DNA of 63,183 nt, the filler included, from Vezdaea acicularis (lineage: Eukaryota), in NCBI GenBank assembly GCA_026025075.1. It is 5 parts of 5 records of this genome, joined end to end, with 100 filler letters (N's around TTAATTAATTAA, not from the genome) between each part and the next. Parts side by side here need not be neighbours in the genome. Positions count along the whole stretch, not along the records: positions 28,744 to 42,470 come from JAPEUI010000233.1; positions 42,571 to 56,211 come from JAPEUI010000234.1; 3 more parts are not named here. The stretch is one strand, 5' to 3'. Within the stretch, counting starts at the first letter, position 1. Every line of letters begins with the position of its first letter. A program made the translations under genes and the position numbers. Under the pieces are notes generated by a model, which was given only the letters and a program-made list of their open reading frames with translations, had not been told where the DNA came from and did no database searches. Of this stretch, positions 36,136 through 50,067 are shown in pieces.

Positions 36136-39100
36136 ATGCCACCGAAGCAGGCGACACTGGGGTACGTAAAGACGGGTCAGACGACCCTAGGGTGCGGCTG
36201 TTCTATATCTTTCCCTACCCACCTTTGTAGAGAAACGCAACGGCTTATAATTGTATATTTATTTAGGAAATTCTTCAATAACCCTAATGGACGCACAGAA
36301 CCACCGAGACAAGCCAAGCTTGCATTCTCGACAAAGGTCCGGCAAGAGAGGCAGCCAGACGAGTCCGAAGATGGCGCTGAACGGCCAGCTCTGGACGCAC
36401 ATAATGATGCCACTGATGAGAAGATGACGGATGCTGAAGTCGGATCATCTTCCGAACGAAGCTCTACAGAAATCCCGACCAGCTCAGGTATATTTTCATT
36501 CTCCTCGCGCACGCCTCGGTAATCATTTGAACATAGTCCTCACTAATATCGAATTTGGCTTAGGTCAAGCTCGAATGAAAAGATCCCATTCTCCTCCACC
36601 TCCTTCCAGTGCCTCAGTGGTGTCTATAAAGGGTGAAGCTGAGTCTGAAGAAGACGATGAACCAGTCACTAAGCGTCAAAGAAGAAATCCGCCTGCGAAA
36701 TCTTCGAAGCCGAGGCCTAAGACACAGAGCAGCAAGAAAATGGACGGCGAGCACAAGCCTAATGGCTTATCAGGCCACTTGAATTCAACCTCATCCGCAT
36801 TAAATGGTTCAAAGGGAGCTGCTATTAAAGTCAAAAAGGATGCCGAATCCATCGATAAACACAGTACTTCAGATCTAGAGCCGGCTGTGAAAGAAGAGGA
36901 CGACGCCGAAGAACTTGAGGAAGAAGATGAGGACGAAAAGCCGGAACTAGCAAAAAAAGCTCGTGAGAAAATCCAGTCGACTCTGAAGGGAAGCGGAAAA
37001 GATCCGCATCCCGATTGGACTCCTGGAGCCCCTGTCCCTTATGCCGCGTTGTGTACAACATTCTCCAAGATAGAGATGACTACCAAACGACTCGAAATTC
37101 TTGCACATTGCTCCCTGTTTCTTCGACAAGTCTTGCGCCTGACGCCTAACGACTTGCTTCCTACAATCCAACTCATGATCAATAAGCTTGCAGCCGACTA
37201 CGCCGGCATTGAGCTAGGGATTGGCGAGTCTTTGATCATGAAAGCTATTGGGGAGTCTACCGGTCGAAGCTTGCAGGTCATAAAAGCTGACCAGAATGAG
37301 ATCGGTGACCTCGGACTTGTGGCCGCAAAGAGCAGATCAAACCAGCCAACAATGTTCAAGCCGAAGGCATTAAGTGTACGTGGAGTGCATCAGGGGTTAA
37401 TGGCTATCGCCACTGTTCAAGGAGATGGCGCACAATCTAGAAAGATAGCAGGTATCAAGAAACTTCTGTCCTCCGCCGATGCTCATTTGGCTGGCAAGGG
37501 AAAATCGATCGACATCACGAAAGACAAAGGGGGACCAAGTGAGGCCAAGTTCATCATTCGGTTCTTGGAAGGCAAGCTCCGACTTGGTTTGGCAGAGAAG
37601 ACGGTTCTCCCTGCTCTGGCACAAGCCATGGTATTCCACGAGACACAAAAGAAATCCCAAAAAGCACCGAGTACTGAGCAATCTGCTAAAGGCGAAGCCA
37701 TCTTGAAGACCGTGTACAGGTAAGCACTATCCCCACACATACCACGATCTGTTCTGACAGTCTTTAGCGAGCTGCCGAGCTACGAAGTCATCATCCCTGC
37801 CATGCTTGAACACGGCATACTCAACCTACATGAGAACTGCAAACTCCAGCCTGGTGTGCCCTTGAAACCTATGCTGGCAAAGCCGACAAAGTCAATCACA
37901 GAAGTCCTTGACAGGTTCGAAAACAAAACTTTCACGTGCGAATACAAGTATGATGGAGAGCGTGCTCAAATACATTATGTTTCCCAAGACTCTCCGCACC
38001 AGTACAAGAGCAGCCTACCATCTGCGAAAGACCAAAAAGGTCTCTCCGCCATATTCTCCAGGAATTCTGAAGATCTCTCGAAGAAATATCCGGACGTTCT
38101 TGCAAAGCTGGATACCTGGGTCAAGAAAGGTACTAAGAGCTTCGTCCTGGACTGTGAGACTGTTGCTTGGGATCTTGTGGAAAAGAAGGTCCTACCATTT
38201 CAGCAGCTGCAGACTAGAAAAAGAAAAGATGTGAAGGCCGAGGACGTGAAGGTCAAGGTTTGCGTTTTCGCGTTCGACCTCCTATTTTTGAATGGAGAAG
38301 TACTTTAAAGTCCGGTCCATCACTGAAGCTCCAGCACTGACCGAAGTAGGCTATCGTTCAGAAATCGTTCAGAGAACGGCGTGAGCTAATGAAGGATGCT
38401 TTCGAAGAAGTCGAGGGCGAATTCGCTTTCGCCAAGTTCATGAACAGCAGCGAGCTCGAAGAAATTCAAACCTTCCTAGACGAGAGTATGAAAGCATCTT
38501 GCGAGGGGCTCATGGTCAAAATGCTGGACGGCGAAGAAAGCGGCTACGAGCCCAGTAAGAGAAGCCGAAACTGGCTTAAGGTAAGACTGACCATTTGAAT
38601 TCCGACTGATATACTAATGGCTGTCCCAGGTCAAAAAAGACTACCTCAGCGGCATCGGCGATACGCTCGACCTGGTCGTACTAGGTGCCTATTACGGCAA
38701 AGGTAAACGCACTTCCGTCTATGGTGCCTTCCAACTTGCCTGCTACAACTCTGCCAAAGAGACCTACGAGACCGTCTGCAACATCGGTACCGGGTTCTCC
38801 GAGGCCATTCTCGAGGAGCTCTATAGCCTCCTCAAGCCACATGCCATCGACCGGCCCAAGCCATATTACTCACACTCCACAGTCCCTAAGGATCAGCCGG
38901 ACGTCTGGTTCGAGGCTAAATTCGTCTGGGAAGTCAAGACTGCGGACTTGACGCTGAGTCCAAGGTACAAGGCTGCGGCCGATGAAAGTGGGGATGGGAA
39001 TGGTAGCAAGGGGGTGAGTCTGAGGTTTCCACGCTTCTTGAAGCAAAGAGAGGATAAGAAGCCGGAGCAGGCAACGGAGAGTAAGATGGTTTGGGAGATG

Positions 39101-39166
39101 TATAAAAAGCAGGAGAGTATCACGAAGAACAAGGGGCCTGCTGTTGATGATGATTTTGAGTACTAA
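36136..39166 (+). CDS. CDC9: DNA ligase I
   Basis: PMLAKP, EYKYDGERAQ, CEGLMVK, RSRNWLK/KKDY, SLRFPRF; N-terminal PIP box QxTLG/KFF; frame also open upstream to ATG 35797. Confidence 0.96.
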
Positions 39167-39389
39167 GAAACTTGGTGTTGCGACACGGTGTTGGTATTTA
39201 GTATCGTTGTTCTCGTGGGTTTAGAGGTAACTGGAAACGCATCACTGCCATTGGCCGGTGATAAAGAGGTTTGTCTGCAGGTGCTTATAGGAAAGATTAA
39301 GCTACGCAGTCTCTACCTATATTGTACGAGTACACAATATGGCAGAGCAATATTGGTTTAGGTGCTTAGCGCTCACTGCTTCCCAGGTA

Positions 39390-40777
39390 TCAAAGTTCCT
39401 CCTTTAACTCCGATGTGTCCTCGGAGTTTGTCTTTCCATGCATTCGGTTATGCAAGCGCCTCTTCACCATGCTAGTCAAGATCTCATAGCCCACCTGCGC
39501 CGCAGCAAGGCTTGTCTGCTCTCCGGGCCCATCGTACGCGGGGGATACCTCCACAATATCGGCCCCTATGAGATTCAGACCGTCGATACCTCTCAGAATC
39601 TGGATCACCTCACGAGTCGTCCATCCACCGGGTTCAGGAGCTATGGCGCGTCAGCAAAGAGCGCCAAGAGAACAAAAAATGGGTACCAAGCGGACTCACT
39701 CCCCGTCGCCGGCGCCAACCCCGGGTCAATCACGTCGATATCCAGGCTCAGATAAACCTTCCTCTCCGTGCCGAGCACGTTCATGATTTTACTGACTACG
39801 CCCTTCACGCCGCCCTCGTCGATGTCATCAGTCGCTATCCGCAACCAGCCCTGCCGATCATCATCATCGTCGTCCTCCCACCCATCCCCCGTCAACCGCG
39901 TCCGCAACCCCGCATGCACCGACCTATTCACCGCGATCAACCCCTCGTTCCCCGCCATCCAGAACATGCTCCCATGATTGAACTGCGACTGCTCCATCTC
40001 CGGATCCCAGTACCCCGACGGATACGCATCCGGAGCCCACGTGTCCAGATGCGCGTCGAAATGCAGCACCGAGATGGGCTCGCCGTGGACTTTATGCAGG
40101 GCGCGCAGAGCGGGTAGGGCGATGCTGTGGTCGCCTCCGAGCGTGAGGAGCTGCACCGACTGGCCTGAGGCGGACCGTCGTGTGTAGAGCTCGGTGAAGG
40201 CGGCGGTCATCTGTGTCAGGGCGAGCTGCGATGAGAACGGCGTTATGGGGATGTCGCCGCAGTCGAGGATGGAGACGAGGCCCGAGTATGGGTTTAGCCC
40301 TGCGCGCGGGTTGAAGCCCCTGGTGGGGCCTTGGCGGGAGGAGGCGGCGCGGATGGCTTTGGGGCCGAAGCGGGCGCCTGGGGAGAGATTAGGAAGGGGG
40401 GTTTGAGAGTGGTTGTATGAGAGATTGGAGGGGGGGGGGGGCGGGAGAGGGCTGGCTCGAACCTGGTCTATATGTCACGGCGGTGTCGAAGGGCGCCCCG
40501 ATAATTCCAATCTCGAAGTCCTCCTCGCGATGGGTGAGGCAGCGGACGTGTTTCAAGTGCGCAAATGTCGATATCCCAGTGAACGCCCACTATATCATGT
40601 TGTGAGCCCACAAGCACCTGTAGTCACAAGGGTACAGTGATTGATGAGGGAAGGACGTACATCAGCGCCCCATTTCTCCTCAAGACCATCATTGGCAGCC
40701 GCCTCTACCTTCTCATGACCCAGGACCGGTACGGCAAGTACCAAAAGAAAGACAATAAACCGCATCTTGGAGAGCAT
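39390..40777 (-). CDS. Agmatinase / arginase-family ureohydrolase with N-terminal signal peptide
   Basis: [46 protein letters not shown]; multi-exon. Confidence 0.92.
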
Positions 40778-41353
40778 TGTAATCCCACTGATTACAAGAG
40801 GATGGCATTCTAGAAGTACTCTGGAGGTGATACTCCGCCATATTCATAGTGTGGGGTACCTGTCCTTATCGATAGCGGCTCGCCGGCATTCGAAAACTCG
40901 GCGACGTAACCAAAAAAAAAAGAAAATAAAGAGAAACAGTGCAATCCGATTGGCCAACTCTTGCCCGCAAAAAACAACCTTCCCATTGTCGTACCGGGGA
41001 TAATTCAACTCGTGCCAGCTTTCTCAACGATGGCTATACGGGGAATTGGACAAGAATCCTTATCGACGGCTAGAGACCGCCGTGCAAAGCATGTGTAAGC
41101 AAAAGAAATTGCCATCATCGCCATCGCGGGTTGACCAAGGCTCCACTCCGAGAGAAAAACTCGTCGTCGTCATTGCTGCACGACCTCGGCCGATCGGTAT
41201 GAGCTCCAAACGGCGCCGCGACCCAAAGCAGCAATACCGCCGCCATCGCGCCCTACGTCCCTCAATCCTGAAAAAAAGATAAAAACTCGCCGGGGCCTGG
41301 AATCACGCTTTTTGAGAACACTCTGAAGCTCTTCTGAACTGTGTTTTTGAGCA

Positions 41354-42470
41354 ATGGCGCCTTTGTCGAGACAATATGACATCGTCGTCTTCGGCGCGAC
41401 GGGGTACACGGGCAAGCTGTGCGCGGAGTACATTGCGGAGAGTTTGCCAACCGATGTCAAGTGGGCGGTGGCCGGCCGCTCGCAGAGCAAACTGGACGCC
41501 GTGGTTGAGGAGGTGAGGCGATTGAACCCGGACAGAGCTGCTCCTGGTATGTTCGTTGTTCGTTGTTCGCGCATAACGTGCTGAGATGCAATGCTGACGG
41601 TTATTTAGCTGTTGAACTCGCCCAGCTGGAGAAGGAGGATCTTCATGCCCTTGCGAGGAAAACAAGGCTTATCGTCACGACGGTGGGCCCGTATGCGCTC
41701 TATGGAGAGGTGGTAGTCGAGGCTTGCGCGAGTAATGGCACCCATTATGTGGATGTGTAGGTCACTCCACGGGCACTTCTCTGGGATGACAGGCTCACGC
41801 GATCGCAGGACGGGGGAGACGCCCTGGACCTTAGATATGATTCGGAAGTATCACGACAAGGCGAAGGCGACTGGCGCAATCATCATTCACAATCTGGGCA
41901 TCGAGAGCGTTCCGGCGGATCTGGCGGTTTGGTCGCTGGTGAATCTTATACGGGAGAAGTATTCTGTTGGCACGAGGGAAGTTATCGCGTCAATGGCTCT
42001 CTTGTAAGTAGCAGCCTCATGATACTGCTAATTGAGGTATGTGTGGCGGCTAATCATCGGAGTCATTCCAGCTCAGCACCAAGTGGCGGAACGCTCGCGA
42101 CTATCTTCAGTATTCTCGAGGTGTACAACGTAAAGCAGCTAGCCGAAGCCTTTAAACCCTGGGTACTATCTCCGATTCCTAGAAGAGCCAAGTCTCCCTC
42201 TCCTTTCGGTGTCCTCGGCGTGGGCTCTCACCCTGATCTCGGCATCATGACGAAAAGCATTGCTGCAAACTGTGACCGAGCGATCGTTCAGCGGAGCTGG
42301 GGTCTCATCGAAGAAGGGAAATTATATGGGGAAAACTTCGACTTCAGCGAGCATATGCATGTCAAAAGCTGGGCCCTTGGATACGCGATTTCCGTGGCGC
42401 TTGCCTTTGGCATGGTGGCTTTAGCAATCTCGCCTTTCCGATGGCTCGCCAAGAAATTTGTTTATGGGCC
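41354..42470 (+). CDS. Saccharopine-dehydrogenase-like oxidoreductase (3'-partial)
   Basis: YDIVVFGATGYTG, WAVAGRS, TTVGPY, ACASNGTHYVD/TGE, SVPAD, PSGGT. Confidence 0.9.
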
Positions 42471-42570
42471 NNNNNNNNNNNNNNNNNNNNNNNNNNNNNN
42501 NNNNNNNNNNNNNNTTAATTAATTAANNNNNNNNNNNNNNNNNNNNNNNNNNNNNNNNNNNNNNNNNNNN
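42471..42570. other. Artificial contig spacer
   Basis: 44 N + TTAATTAATTAA + 44 N. Confidence 0.98.
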
Positions 42571-45500
42571 CCTCTTTTCAGACTCTCCCAGGGAAACATT
42601 TGCGTTCCTCGCGCGACATAACATCGGGGAAAGCCTTGCATTGTTCTACGAAGAATTTGCTGCTTGGCTTGAGGGGGCTGGACGCTGGGTACAGGCCCAA
42701 GAGGTATACACACTTGGAATCGACCGCGAGGCCAGGCCTCAGGAACGACTGCTCCGCAAATACACCGAGTTCCAGGTCCGCTTTGAGCAACGTCAGCAAG
42801 ATGGAGACGAACCTTCATCTCCGGCTTTGCCTACGATACGACCAGCGCTCGCGGCCAAAGTAGATCCCTTCGCGTCTTCGTCACCTTCGATAGACCCGCA
42901 AACGGGACGTCCGAGACCTGGACTTGGCGGAAATGCGGCTTCTCGGGCAGGGCGACAGAAGCTGGCCATTTTCTCTGATGCGGAAGCTCCGGACTCTGCG
43001 ACTGGTCCTGCAGCCGGTGCATCTACAAGTGGATGGGAAAGTATAGGATCACTAGACCATCGGCGGAAAGAAAATGTAATTGAGGCGCGGCCCTGGGTAG
43101 GAGAAACTCTCAGTACGGGCAAAAGGATTGGGACGGTACAGAAAATGGCGGTATTCAAGGATGATGTAAGTGATTCCTGATGTGTGCTGCACTCTCGTTC
43201 CCATATTTACGATCATAGGACTAATTTTGGGCTGTCATGGCATTATTTGTAATTCAGTCACTAGCAAAATCAAATCTTGCGGCACAAGAAAGTGGCCTCT
43301 ATCCGCAAAATACTGTAAATGCTCGTACCGGTAGACTTGAGCGTGTCTTTGTGAATCTCCAGGCTCTTTATCCTGACCCAAGCGATCCCAGCACAGAAAT
43401 GAGCCTAGAAGAACTAAGAGCTAAAAGTAGGGGTTGGTTATCGAAAGATTGGTCCAAGAAAGAAAACCCCTTGCTTAAAAGCTCTCCGTTGGATGTTCCT
43501 GCAGAGGTCCCTTGCGGAGATATAGAGGAAGATTCGGTCGATGTATTGGATGCTTCATCATTCCCAGAGACGGTTGCAACTAAGGAACAAGAAAACTTAG
43601 ACAGCATCCCAAAGGCAAAGGAGACGAACCGAGAAGAAAGACAAGGGAGGTCCCGCAAGCTCAAGGTAATGGAAATCAAAGGCGAAACACAAACAGGTAG
43701 GTCTGAAGAAGATTGCTGAAGCAACACGCCTTTTTAACATCTGGTAGTTCAAACAAAACTCGAGTCCCCCCATGGCCCAAAGATCAAGCGAAAGGCTTCT
43801 GCTGAGCCGACAATGACGTTTCACACCCGTGCAGCCACAGACGAGATATATGACATCTTTAACCAGCCATTGCAAACGCCTGGAGCGTTTGGCGAAGAAG
43901 AAGAAAGTGGAGAAAGTGATGACGAAGACGATTACACAAGCGCTGGTGAAAGTACCGGGACTGGAAGAATAAGTAGTACTGGTGAAATTGGTGGGGATGA
44001 GACATCAGAAGTAAAGAGTGTCAGCGAATGGTCGGAATTTTCTGCAAGAAAACATGTTCCGAACCTTGAAGATGATACTGGAACTACAGGAGCGGAATCA
44101 ATCCAGCCTCTTGATACGTCAAATATTGAGAACAGTGCACAGATAGCACATGGCGAGCAACAGCTATCGGAAGATTTGGTGACTCCCGTGTCGCCTGGGC
44201 CAGAGCAGGTCAGGACGAAGTTTATCCCAATTGCGCCAGAGGACTATGAGCCGCCTTCTAGGCCATTCCGAGATTCTTCCAAGTCGTCTCAAAACCGACT
44301 GCCATTCATGACACCCATTGCAGAGAAGACCGAGTCGTCCCTTGCCCCCTCGACTGTCTACGAAGACAAAGACTACTTCAACCACAAGACGCCATCTAGA
44401 GAAACGGTCAAGACACCTGTTTTGCCAGATGTCGGAGGTGATGAGCTCTGGAGCAGTCCGTTTCAAGAGGTTGTCAACGAGGCTCTCCCTAGGCACAAAA
44501 TAGCGCAGCCCGCTCTTGTCAGAGAGGAATGTCCTGCGTTAGCTGTGCAGACGAAGGCGCCCCCGAAGAGTAGAGGAACCACCGTCGTAAGGGATACCAC
44601 ACTCAAAGGGCCTATAATCAAAGACTTGCAATGTAACCCGGTTGACGACTACATACGAGACCTGGTATTTGAAGGGCTTCAGCCTCCCCTTTCAACTTAT
44701 GAAGGGTTCTTCGACCACCGAGACCGTTCTTACGGGAAAGGTACGGAAATCCGCAAATTCACCAAGGCAGTAGCAAAGCTCGGCAAGACTGGCAGCGACA
44801 AAACCACCACCAACATCACCATGCCTCCCATCCTTCAATTTGAGGGCGTAGACCGCCAATACCGAATCAAACGCGAACTAGGCAAGGGCGCATTTGCCCC
44901 GGTCTACCTTGTCGAAAACGCCGCCAACGATAGTACAGATGACGAGGAAGAGGCAGCACAAGTCGTGATGGGCAAAGGCAAGTTCAGCGTGGGGCGCCAG
45001 AGCCTTGAGGCTATCAAGATGGAGGACCCACCCACCTTTTGGGAATTCTACATCATGCGCCAAGCCGCCCGCCGTCTAGGTGTATCACGAGCTGCAGCAA
45101 GCATCATCCGCGCCCATGAGCTCCACCTATTCGCTGACGAGTGCTACCTTGTGATCGACTACTGTCCACAAGGCACCCTGCTCGATCTCGTGAACTACGC
45201 GCGCGCGGACGCTGTGGCAGCAGGCACAGCGAACGCTTCGCAGGGTATGGATGAGTCCGTCGTGATGTTCTTCTCCATCGAGCTCTTCCGCGTAGTCGAG
45301 GCCCTGCACAGCAAGTCTCTCCTCCACGGCGACCTCAAAGCCGATAACTGCCTCGTGCGCTTCGAGCCCATCCCAGACGCAGAGTGGTCCGCGCGATACC
45401 GCCGCGATGGCAGCGGTGGCTGGGAGTACAAAGGTCTTTCACTCATCGACTTTGGGCGTGGCATCGATCTGAAGAATTTCAACGACAAGGTCCAGTTTGT

Positions 45501-45909
45501 CGCGGACTGGAAGACGGGACCGCAGGACTGTGCCGAGATGCGCGAGTTGAGGCCTTGGACCTTCCACGTTGATTACTTTGGCCTCGCGGGGGTCATTCAT
45601 AGTATGTTATTCGGAAAGTACATCGAGACCGTCGCGGACCGCGCGTCGAGCCTGGGAAGCGGCGCCACGAATAGCTATCGGCTACGAGAGGGGTTTAAAC
45701 GGTACTGGCAGACGGATCTTTGGACCCAAGCCTTTGAGCTTCTGTTGAATCCGGGAGTCGGGGCCGGTGGGAGCGAGAAGGTGCTGTTGGAGAGGATGAA
45801 AGCGGTTAGAGAAGCTATGGAGGAGTGGCTAGAGGGGAATTGCGAGCGGGGCGTTGGGTTGAAGATGGCTCTGAGGAGACTGGAGGAGAGGGTCAAGGCG
45901 AGGAGATGA
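42571..45909 (+). CDS. BUB1: Spindle checkpoint kinase Bub1 (5'-partial)
   Basis: TPR end (ALFYEEFAAWLE..ARPQERL), KEN motif, GLEBS-like EMSLEELRA, kinase LGKGAFAPVY, HGDLKADN, LIDFGRGID. Confidence 0.95.
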
Positions 45910-46425
45910 GTCACGGTGCTGTTTGATTGCACATCTTCTGGGGCGTCTTGGGTCCGTATGGGTGTATTGGGTATGGGTAGGCGTTGTTGGACGGTTGCAT
46001 AGCGTGGGTTGCGTATATGACTAGTCTAATGAACCTCATTCCTGCCCGTTACCAATCATGCTATCATAGGAGTCGCGCAGGCTTCTGCTTGCGCTATGGA
46101 TGGATTTGAAGTGATACTGCTGGGTAGTGACGGCTCATATTAACTTTGGCACGATCGGGTAGATCCCTACTACTGACGAGAAGGTAGGAGCTCCAAAGGG
46201 ATAGTTCATGCGATACGGTTACTATCATGAGCAATGGAGTTTTAACGGTGTAGCCGAACGCAACGCGATATCCTATTATAGAACAAAGTACAGCGAGCTC
46301 TCATGTATCTGCTCAAAGCGAACACTCACAAGCCACCAGCCCTCAGATCTACTCGAGACTTCATTTCCATTCGATATCCCCGCAAGTAAGGTGAAGCTAA
46401 CCTTCGCCCATCTCGTCGCCCTGCT

Positions 46426-47244
46426 CTACGAGCTTAGCCACTGGCAGAGAAAGCGGATCGCAAGGCCGAAGAACTTAATGTGCACATGAAGGCCAACAAG
46501 CACCAACCAAGCGAAACCTAGGAATAGGAGAGTGCTACGGATATTCTCGAATATGTCCGTGTCATTGAAGGAAATTCGAAGTACGTCCTTTACATCGGCG
46601 GGGCGGTAGGGAGTAATCGTGTCGTTGACATATTCGAGCCCGCCCTCCTCGTCGAGGAAGTGTTGAGGTTTGTCCGTGTCATTGATGACATTTCGACAAT
46701 CGCCACTGTTATTATTGGCAGGGTGGTAGGGTATGTCGTGTGACATACGATCAACGAGTTGGGGATCGTTGGGGTTGGGGATGGGGAGCTTTTCGTTGGA
46801 GTAAATCCTGGTAGAGTAAAACCTGGGCAGGTCCTCAGCCTCGACTTGAGGCGTCTCCGTATAAAAAGCATCCACCAAGGGGGGTCTAAATGTTTCTGGG
46901 AAGACAACTTTTTCGTCAGATAGTGATGTTAAGGAACCAACGGGCATGAGTTGAGGCTTGGGCACCCCGGCCTCGGTGTTGACCTCCTCCTGTGCCTTCT
47001 CCTTCCAAGCCTTGTCTTCGGCTTCCCATTGTGCGTGCTGAGCAGTGTGAGTAGAGACCTTGGCCTCGAGCTTGCTCATGCGCCGGTAAGTCTTGTTGAT
47101 AAAGGTTCTGAAGTCGATGGCGGAGGCAAAACGTTTGCTGTCGTCGATGGCTTCGACGAGCTCGTATTCTTCAATCTCTTTGCCCATTGCAGCACTCGTC
47201 TGCTCTGCGGCGTCCTTACAAGCTCGCTTCATCGTTGTGGACAT
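46426..47244 (-). CDS. Hypothetical protein with C-terminal transmembrane segment
   Basis: Long uninterrupted ORF (ATG 47244), helical N-terminus, hydrophobic tail LLFLGFAWLVLVGLHVHIKFFGLAIRFL; no family recognised. Confidence 0.6.
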   Translation of the reverse strand: MSTTMKRACKDAAEQTSAAMGKEIEEYELVEAIDDSKRFASAIDFRTFINKTYRRMSKLEAKVSTHTAQHAQWEAEDKAWKEKAQEEVNTEAGVPKPQLMPVGSLTSLSDEKVVFPETFRPPLVDAFYTETPQVEAEDLPRFYSTRIYSNEKLPIPNPNDPQLVDRMSHDIPYHPANNNSGDCRNVINDTDKPQHFLDEEGGLEYVNDTITPYRPADVKDVLRISFNDTDIFENIRSTLLFLGFAWLVLVGLHVHIKFFGLAIRFLCQWLSS

Positions 47245-47771
47245 GTCAATTTCTGTAGACCCGAGGGCGACAATGGCAATAATCACCGTAAAGTAGGAAG
47301 GGAGGTTGGAAATTAGAGGCGGCGATAGGTGGATGGCGCAAAGCTCACATAGAGAAATTACTTCTTCGACGCCACAGGATCTTTTGTTGGATATGTGAGA
47401 GTGAGGGTGGGGTGGCTGAAGCTGACCTTGCACACGTCAAAGAATGCAAGAGCCGTTTGTTGGCTTGCAGTCAGACAGGTAGATGCAATTTATTGAGTGA
47501 GAGACAACGGTTGGGCGCTGGTAGACTTTTTATAGCCTGAGAAGCATGGGAAGTTTTGAATGGGACCGGCTCCATATAATGAATCATATTCATGGCCTAG
47601 ACTCCGAACCACTAGCGCTCCAGAAGAACACGTGTTAAACACCTAAACAACTTCTTAGCCATTCTCAATGTCCAAGCAGTAGGTTTGGAGTGTCTACCCA
47701 TGATCCCACGTGCAAGACCCACTCCCTATTACTTTTTCATATTGGACCCACAATTCCACAGCCCCATTCCT

Positions 47772-49475
47772 TCAGCTCTTAGCCTTTTTGTATGGCGGGC
47801 CGGTATCCTCTTCATCTTCGTCATCATCTTCGACTATGATCCTCCTCTTGCTGTGGCGCACTGCGAGGGTTGCAGAGCCATTCTGCACTCCATTCTCATC
47901 TCCGTCTTTCTCATCTGTGACATCGTCCTCACTGCCCAACTCTTCCTGTTCCTGCTTCTCCACTGTGCTAGGACCAGCTTTCATTTGCAGAAGCAAGCGC
48001 ACGTAGTCTGCTTCTACACCACCCAGGGTCTCATTTAGCTTATCGATCCGGTCTAACCGGTCAAGTTGCGCGAGTTGATCTCTATTATGTATATAGAGAC
48101 GATGCTTCGCTAACAGCTTCCAGTATCTGTATTCCTTGTCCGCTGTTTGAGGATTATGCTTTGCTCGCAGAGCATTGAGGGAAGACATGCTGTAAAAGCT
48201 GTTGCGACTATCCGACGGGATCAGGGAAAGAAGCTGCATTTCCAGAAGACGGGAGAACTGTCGAGGAATGAGTTTTTGAGAGACCCGTAAAGCCTCAAGC
48301 GGACCTGGGGGCAGTATTTGAGCGGTAGGGAGACTGCCCTTTTTCGGGATCGAGACGGTTGTATTCATGCGAATAGAGGTGAATTCGGGGATCTGACGGA
48401 GGCGGGTAAGGTCACAGTAGTCGCGAAGGTCATCGAAGGATGCATTTGGATCTTCGACCGTGACCTCTATGACCGTAGGGTCTGCAAGGAAGGAGGCATA
48501 CATGCTGTTGTAGAGCTTCGTGCCATGACCATGGCCTTGGTATGGTGGTAGGATAATGAATTGTGAGATGCGTTCTCTGCATGGAAGCTTCTCGGGATCA
48601 CTACTCATAGAAAAAGGATCCGCATCTTTTTTCGATGGAGCTGATTCGAGGAACGAAGCAATGACAAAATTACGATATGTGGTGCAGTAGCCAACCAGAG
48701 AATAGGATGATGCAGTTGGGGTGGGTGGTTGCGCGAGCTTCTCATAGCTGATGAGAAGCAATAAGCAAAATCTCGAATGTCAAAGTAGCGATTGCAGAAC
48801 TTACAGAAAAAATATCCGCCACCTAGCAAGTGACCAATCCGGTTCGTTTAGATTAACATAAGTTCCTCCGTCGATGAAAAAGGGTACAAAGATCTGCATC
48901 CGCTTCAGGATTTGCTGCACGGCAAGATCGGTCATTTTGCCTCGCCATATTTCAAATGTCCGATCCTTGATCGTGTATGTGTTGATCATTTGCCCGGGCG
49001 GCCTGAAGTTCTTTGCCGAAGGGTCATTTTGAATTGCATTGTTGAATTGCTCGGGGCTCTCAAAAGCCGCTAGAAATCTGCTCAGTGCATGAGTCTGACA
49101 GGAGCATTCGCGCAAGTACTTACTAGGCGGGAGCCAGGTCTCGAGCGTTTCTTTTATATCCAAAGCCTTGGTTTCGCCCACATCTTTGAACTTTCTGTCA
49201 AATGCTATATCAAGATTTGGCCTAAGATCATGTGAAGCAAGCCGGAGGTCAATATTGAGCCCCTGATAGCCAAATATGACCTCCTCGTCGCCGAAGATGG
49301 AGTACGTAAAATTCGGGTGAAACTCGTGGATGATTGTAACTTCCTTTGGCCCTGGTTGGACAAGAGCGATCTTGACGGCGTCGTTCGAGCTAGTCGACCC
49401 TAATAAAGCGGTTAAAGACTGGAAGGAGCATCACACCAGCAAAGACCCAAACTCACATTCTTCAGGCTCTGTCAT
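47772..49475 (-). CDS. HAT1: Histone acetyltransferase type B catalytic subunit
   Basis: FHPNFTYSIFGDEEVIFGYQGL, FFIDGG, RISQFIILPPYQGHGHG, EVTVEDPNASFDDLRD; 4 exons. Confidence 0.95.
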
Positions 49476-50067
49476 CCTGATAGTCCTGTAAGCTTCCCTT
49501 AGAATTCTTGAAAGCGAACGTGATCGGTCACAGTGGCGTAGAAGGTTTGGTGGAAGTTCGTGTCGGATTGAGCTAGGACGCGCGAAATCGCGTTCGCTTC
49601 CTTTGGCGCGGAGATCGTCCCGGGGCACTATGGAACCAGCTATCAACTCGTCGAGCTGGGCCCGGGGTATCCAAGGTATTTGAATTGAAGTGAGGGATTA
49701 ATTACCAGAGTCTATCTATACAAACAAAAAGGGTATCGGAGCCTGGGGCAATTAGCAAGGTCATTGCTCAGTGCCAAAGCTCCCATGTCCAAAGCGGGTA
49801 AGGCTGCAAATACCCCTTTCTGATTCGCTCCTCGAAAGCTCCAACCATCGGTACCGGAGCGAGGCTGACCCCGAAGTGCTAGCTTTTGTGACCACGAAGA
49901 CCCACGAGATCCATATGCCCACTTAACGAAGACGAACCCTTAAGTATTGCATGTCAAAGCTTCGGCGAGCATTATGGTTTGCGCTCCGGTCAGGAGCGAC
50001 TTTGTAAACCCGTAAAAGATACTACTTTTTCCGCTTCTGCGCTGGCATCGCAATAAAGGAGGTCATC

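Noticed and set aside
36162..36190. Nested (stwintron-type) intron GTACGT..CTAG in CDC9
   Set aside because: Only 29 nt and lacking a branch point; too short for a fungal intron.
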